Positions 59,183 to 64,000 of a stretch of 64,000 nt of DNA are shown piece after piece; the first letter of the stretch is position 1; each line of letters opens with the position of its first letter. The stretch spans positions 186,001 to 250,000 of the forward strand of contig QPMI01000157.1 in the NCBI GenBank assembly GCA_004431415.1, written 5' to 3'. Source of the stretch: Cyanophora paradoxa CCMP329 (taxonomy: Eukaryota; Plantae; Glaucophyta). A program made the position numbers and the translations under genes. Below the pieces are notes generated by a model. The model was given only the letters and a program-made list of their open reading frames with translations, was not told the origin of the DNA and ran no database searches.

Positions 59183-59538
59183 TCTTGTCCTTTCTGCTCT
59201 CTTAATATATGTTAAGAAATCTTTAAGTAGTTTTTATGTCGTGTATATATTCTTTGTGAGAACCCAATCAAATTTTGGTCCCAATCGCATTGCATCCAGT
59301 TCGAAAGAAGATGCTGGAAAAATGATAAAGCCACCGATACCCAAAAAGGTTCACTTGTCGGCTGCAAGTTTCTACCACTGAACCCGGTAGAACGGGTGAT
59401 TAAAGTGATTTACCTATGGATATTTCACTTCGCTCTACAACGCCTTCCATAAAAATGAAAAAGTGTTTGAGCCTACGGGATAAGATTTGTTACGTAGCGC
59501 TAACAATGTTCAAGATTTTTTAAATTCGGAAATGATCC

Positions 59539-60300
59539 TTAACGGCGATAACCAGGTCTAATACCAAGCTTGGCAAACCCTGAGACCATAGGGGCAGCAT
59601 TTGGAATCGAGTTGACTGGGTCAGCCTGCGAAGTGGCAACTCGAAGGATCGATTTATTGAGGACCGGCAAATCCGTTTTGTTGGAGTCTTGGTAATCGAT
59701 TGTCTTCGCAATCAATTCGGTTGGTGATTCTTTTACAACTTGAACAGGTTCAGGGATTACTTCATGGGTTACCTCTGGTTTCTTCTCCACCTTCTCCTTT
59801 GTGATTGGCTGTTCCTTGATCTTGTTTTCGTTTTTGGTCTCTGCTGCAATGCCATCAACAAGACTCTTCGCATACTGGTATGTCACAGATTTCAGTCCAC
59901 CAGTGGTTGACCGAATAAAGTAGCGGTTGCGATGGTCTTTCTCGGAATAGGTTGAGTAGAGTCGTTCACCACCATCAAGCAGTTTCAGCAGTGTCGATGA
60001 TGAGGCAACCTTGTCCTTTGTGGATGATTTGAACTGTCCTTTCTTGATTCCTCGTTTCGCTCCGGGCATGCGGTTCAGTGGGACTTGGTCAACCAGGGCA
60101 TTGTCATCATTGCTGTTTTTTGTAGTGGCTTGGGTGAATTGGTTTCGTTCTTTATGGACTTCTTTATCGAGGTCACCAGTTCCGTATGCAGCGATTCCCT
60201 TCGATTTCTTATACCAGTTCCTTCCATTCTCACCATTGCCAACATCCGCTTCAGTGGCTGGTTTGGCTAAGAAATTCTTCGGCTGAGTCTTGCGAGCCAT
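59539..60300 (-). CDS. Lys-rich putative virion core protein (element A)
   Basis: Intact 253-aa ORF downstream of the penton and conserved in both elements; function is inferred from position and composition only. Confidence 0.65.
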   Translation of the reverse strand: MARKTQPKNFLAKPATEADVGNGENGRNWYKKSKGIAAYGTGDLDKEVHKERNQFTQATTKNSNDDNALVDQVPLNRMPGAKRGIKKGQFKSSTKDKVASSSTLLKLLDGGERLYSTYSEKDHRNRYFIRSTTGGLKSVTYQYAKSLVDGIAAETKNENKIKEQPITKEKVEKKPEVTHEVIPEPVQVVKESPTELIAKTIDYQDSNKTDLPVLNKSILRVATSQADPVNSIPNAAPMVSGFAKLGIRPGYRR

Positions 60301-60336
60301 TTGTAATATTGAAACAAAATTATTCTACAGTATTTC

Positions 60337-61223
60337 CTATGACCGTGAGAATGGCAGGTAGAGTCCCTCCAACTCTTTAATGACATTCTTCAATGCTTTC
60401 TTTGTCAGATCTTTATCATCTTCAGTAATGAGTTCAAGAGTCATCGACCAGTCGGTAGTAATGTCTGCTGTGGCTCCATTCCAGTAAGAAAGTCTCACAT
60501 CTAGAGTCTCAACCTCAACCAAGCCATTCTGCTCGTGAACGATCATGGAATTATTCGATGAATCATATTTTAATAGACTGCCAACCGTTTGGTCAATCTC
60601 AATTTTTGCGATAGCATTGTTATCTCGTTTGTTATTGCTCACATATCTTCCTTTCAGTGGATCAACATGAAGAAGCAAATAGGAATTAAATAGTAGATCT
60701 AATGGCATTTCACTATCAATGTAGTGAGCATAAGTAAAGGCTCCAACTGTGACATTAGATGATAGAGGACTCGATTGGTACAGTGTGTTAGCATTTTCAA
60801 AACCACAGAAATTGGCTAAGAGTTGAGTGTTCATAGTGATTGAGAATGGAACCTCACACATGAACCTTAGAAGCAATGTTGTGGGATCATAGGTTACATA
60901 GAAATGGCGAGTGTAAGTTCCGCCACCCGCTTGATTATAGGGCTGGGATCCAATGCGAGCGATCAGATAATTCACCAGTGAATCCGGTGTATATGCACCT
61001 CGGAGGACTTCGTTGTTTCTATTCTTTGGGTTCCCAGCATTATCGAGTGTTTGTGTGGTGAGGGTTCCTACTTCAGAGAGGTTGTAAAGATTGTGAAACA
61101 TCTCAAAGTTCGTTACTCGACAGGCTCTGACCTTTTGGATTGCATAAGGGAGTCTGTATGTGAAATTAGTTGGGGTTCCATCCGATCGGTCCTGGAATCA
61201 ATATTGAGATAGTAACGCGTCAT
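60337..61223 (-). CDS. Minor capsid (penton-like) protein of element A
   Basis: One missing G restores MTRYYLNIDSRDRSDGTPTNFTYRLPYAIQKVRACRVTNFEMFHNLYN in frame with ORF 60337..61101. Confidence 0.8.
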
Positions 61224-61275
61224 TCTGTTTAATAAAGCATTTTAAAAATTTCTTTTGGTATTTTAAACATAAGAG

Positions 61276-62502
61276 ATGGCACTCACTGGAACTACCCTGA
61301 AGGAACTCCTCGTAACTCCCGGTTCCGATCAAATTTATCTTTCCCCTGGTCTCCAAATCGGAACCAACCCCAAATACAAACCATTCCTCGAGCAAGTTCG
61401 TCCCCGAGGCAACACTTTTGGCTTCAAGAATACCGCTTACTTTGATCTACCTCGCAAGCAACTCCTTGCTGGTGTTTCGCTCTATTTCAAGATTGCCACT
61501 GGTGGTGGTGTAGCCTGCACCCTCCCCAATGGTGGTTCTTCTTTTATTAATGAGGTCCGTTTCGTTCATGGTGGTTTCAAGTATATTATCCCTGGTGATT
61601 GGATCACTGTAAACGCCCTGGTCGATAATGATCACGCTACCATGAGCAGCATGTATGCTTCTCTCGGTTACTTCAAAGAGACAGATCGTGAAAGCACAGA
61701 TGAAGCAATGGAATACATCGTTAGAATCCCCGCTGCTTTCTGGGATGATGCTTACTTTCCATTATGTACGCTGGCGGATATGCCAACGATTGAGGTGGAT
61801 TTCCGTGATGCTGGGATAGTCAAAGTTCCTGCCGGTGGATCTGTTACCTTTGCGGATTGCTCCCTGATCTGCCAATTCGTAAACATCGCTTCGGCTGAGG
61901 CTGAGACACTCCTAAAGATGGCAAACGAACAAGGTGGCATTCGCATCCCGATCACAGAGGTCATTCACAAGAAGACCCGAGCGCTCAAAACCGCTGATGC
62001 TGGTGAATCTGTTGAGGTTACACTCGCTAATGTTTCTGGTCTGGTTCACTCGATTCTGATGACTGTTCGAGAGGTGAACAAACTTAACACCTACACTCAC
62101 TCGGATTTCTGCGGTCATGAATCTGCTGTTAAGATTGATCAGTTCCAGATCTTCCACAACAATCGCTCCCTGGATATATCTAACAAACCCATTTCCGGTT
62201 TCCTCTCTGCTGTCAATCACATTCCTTCTCACTACAAGGGTGTTACTGTGGGCAATACCACGTACGGATTCGAGTCTGGAAATGTTTATGGAATTGTTCT
62301 TTCCAAGTCCGGAAAAGATTCGCTTCGGAACTCGGTTATGGGTTACCAGGATTTCTTCAACAGCAGCTCGAGTTACATGGATCTCACTGTTTCGGGATGC
62401 ACTGATGCTGCTCCTGTTCAGGTTGACATCTATGCCCTACGACACAATGTTATGGTCCTAAATGGCTACAACATCTCTACCCTGAAAGTCTCGAACTTCT
62501 AA
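61276..62502 (+). CDS. Double-jelly-roll major capsid protein (element A)
   Basis: 408 aa, with 10 substitutions relative to 53993..55219. Confidence 0.88.
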   Translation: MALTGTTLKELLVTPGSDQIYLSPGLQIGTNPKYKPFLEQVRPRGNTFGFKNTAYFDLPRKQLLAGVSLYFKIATGGGVACTLPNGGSSFINEVRFVHGGFKYIIPGDWITVNALVDNDHATMSSMYASLGYFKETDRESTDEAMEYIVRIPAAFWDDAYFPLCTLADMPTIEVDFRDAGIVKVPAGGSVTFADCSLICQFVNIASAEAETLLKMANEQGGIRIPITEVIHKKTRALKTADAGESVEVTLANVSGLVHSILMTVREVNKLNTYTHSDFCGHESAVKIDQFQIFHNNRSLDISNKPISGFLSAVNHIPSHYKGVTVGNTTYGFESGNVYGIVLSKSGKDSLRNSVMGYQDFFNSSSSYMDLTVSGCTDAAPVQVDIYALRHNVMVLNGYNISTLKVSNF

Positions 62503-62581
62503 AGTTCTTTTCTTTCGTTAGAGTAGGAAGCGCAAAATTAGTAGGTAAGGGGTTTATTTTGTTTTTTATCTTATTACTGTA

Positions 62582-63340
62582 ATGGATAACACAGTAAACT
62601 TAGATGATATTCCGGAGTTCGATCCGAGTAAGACAGTTCGAATCCCAACGAGAATTTTAAATGTTGGTCGCTCCAATACAGGTAAGACAATGTTTACAAA
62701 ATACTTACTTTACGAGCTTCGTGACAAGATAGATCAGATTGTAATATTTAGTTCCACAGCTTTTACTGGGCAATTCAATGACATCACCCATCCAGATAAC
62801 ATCTATGAGGAATGGGATGATAACATTGTTTTGAGATTGATCAGTATGCAAAAGAAACGAATCGAGAACAATGAGAAACGAAATAACTTAGTAATCATAC
62901 TCGATGACATGATAGGTTCCAATTTGGATATGCATAATTCGGCTGTGTTATCTAAATTGGTCACGAGCGGCCGCCATTATTCAATTTCTGTGATATTTAA
63001 TGTTCAGCGTTTATGCTCAATTTCTACTACCATTCGTCGTAATGTGGAGTTCGTTGTATTTTTCAATATACTTGGGAATGAAAAGGAATTCAATTGCGCC
63101 TTTGATGAGTACAATGGTGGAATGGATAAGAAGACCTACAAGGAATTGCATAGACTATGGGGTTATAATTACCAAACTGTCATAGCTAGCCTGCAAGGTT
63201 ATGATATCAAGACCTATACTGATAGAGCAGTACTAACTGATGATGATATAAAGGGCTTTAAGAAGTTTGTGAAGAGAAAAGCAATTAAAAGGGGTCAGAT
63301 GGCTCGGATCCAACGAGAAATGACCACAATCAGTGTGTGA
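62582..63340 (+). CDS. A32/FtsK-like genome packaging ATPase (element A)
   Basis: GRSNTGKT, VIILDD, TSGRHYSISVIFNVQ, IRRN; intact 252 aa. Confidence 0.93.
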   Translation: MDNTVNLDDIPEFDPSKTVRIPTRILNVGRSNTGKTMFTKYLLYELRDKIDQIVIFSSTAFTGQFNDITHPDNIYEEWDDNIVLRLISMQKKRIENNEKRNNLVIILDDMIGSNLDMHNSAVLSKLVTSGRHYSISVIFNVQRLCSISTTIRRNVEFVVFFNILGNEKEFNCAFDEYNGGMDKKTYKELHRLWGYNYQTVIASLQGYDIKTYTDRAVLTDDDIKGFKKFVKRKAIKRGQMARIQREMTTISV

Positions 63341-63586
63341 AAGGACGATTTGTGAGAAATATTGTATGGCAAGGTAGCTTGAAATAATACGATGATTACG
63401 TAGTTGCGTAGAGCTTAACAAGCGCTTCAAAACGCTATGCAAAACGTTGCGAGTTGACCATCTGGTGGTGAGATACAAGCGTTTGAAGATGCCGATAATC
63501 GATTTACCGAAACTTCGGTGAAACGTGAGCGAAACTTGAACCTTGTGAGATCATATACCCTACTACGGTTTATTCCCCGGGTTTTC

Positions 63587-63661
63587 ATGGCGCATTTTAT
63601 GGCGCATTTTATGGCGCATTTTATGGTGCATTTTATGGCGCAATTTATGGCGCATTTAATG
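63587..63661 (+). repeat. 12-bp tandem repeat (ATGGCGCATTTT) x6
   Basis: Directly visible, with few substitutions. Confidence 0.9.
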
Positions 63662-63728
63662 AAAAATCACTACTCTGTGGCATGGACCAATAGAAATTGA
63701 GCAAAGTAAACATTTAATTTATAACTTT

Positions 63729-63810
63729 TATATCACATTATATCTCACATAGAATCTCACATATAATATCACATTTTATCTCACATTTAATATCACATTT
63801 TATCTCACAT
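63729..63810 (+). repeat. Degenerate ~10-11-bp tandem repeat (ATATCACAT/ATCTCACAT core)
   Basis: About eight copies of the tcacat core. Confidence 0.8.
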
Positions 63811-64000
63811 CGAAACCTGGGGAGAAGTTGAAGGGGATACATTGAAAGTCAGTGAGCCAATCAGATTGCGTCACACATATATATACATATACATCATGAC
63901 AATATACACATCGCCGTGATCGTCATAATCTCCCGAGTCACGTGGTATGTCATATATATTATATACATATGCATCGTCATTATGACGTCATATATATATA

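Larger units (their letters stand above)
41310..63830. mobile_element. Outer endogenous Polinton-like virus (element A), about 11 kb once the nested element is removed; boundaries approximate
   Basis: Sharp switch to AT-rich intronless DNA. Encodes rve integrase, pPolB (split), penton-like protein, double-jelly-roll MCP and A32 ATPase. The left end shares TIR motifs with element B, but no matching right TIR is seen in the window. Confidence 0.88.

Noticed and set aside
42985-61223. Frameshifts in pPolB, integrase B, pentons and ATPase B as evidence of ancient decay
   Set aside because: They follow the same homopolymer-deletion pattern, while the TIRs and MCPs are nearly pristine, so read error is more likely.
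51440-63340. Simple tandem duplication or assembly duplication of the capsid module
   Set aside because: The copies differ by many synonymous changes and a diverged penton, and they belong to separately bounded elements shown by TIRs, TSD and a split pPolB.
63233-63700. Short ORFs after the ATPase, including the MAHF-repeat ORF
   Set aside because: They rely on non-ATG starts or simply translate the 12-bp repeat, and no recognisable domain is present.
41310-63830. Bacterial or phage contamination, or a classical virophage (Lavidaviridae)
   Set aside because: The gene set (rve integrase, pPolB, DJR MCP, A32 ATPase) is PLV/Polinton-type and adjoins spliced host exons. There is no cysteine protease, and the MCP does not look virophage-like.

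Overview
Eukaryotic (protist-type) genomic window with three compositional zones; the organism cannot be named from sequence alone. (1) 1-41.3 kb is very GC-rich, intron-dense host DNA with many short GC-AG as well as GT-AG introns. It contains a temptin-like/ferric reductase fusion, an intronless Cys-rich orphan, AP-3 delta adaptin, a conserved secreted/membrane protein, a WD40-plus-multipass membrane protein, a large surface protein and a TIR-domain gene. (2) 19.85-27.6 kb is an apparently full-length L1/Tx1-type non-LTR retrotransposon on the minus strand with an unusually long ORF2. (3) 41.3-63.8 kb is AT-rich, intronless and holds two nested endogenous Polinton-like viruses (PLVs). The inner element (45268-56937; 373/378-bp TIRs, AG...CT ends, 5-bp TSD ACAGA) is inserted inside the protein-primed DNA polymerase B gene of the outer one. 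Removing it restores the reading frame (CYIC|GDEF). The two viruses have the same gene order and nearly identical major capsid proteins (10 differences in 408 aa). Their replication genes differ at the same locus: canonical pPolB in the outer element, and a divergent PolB-SF1 helicase-HNH fusion in the inner one, with both proteins keeping a homologous N-terminal leader. Many single-base frameshifts in the repeat elements fall in homopolymers and are probably read errors.
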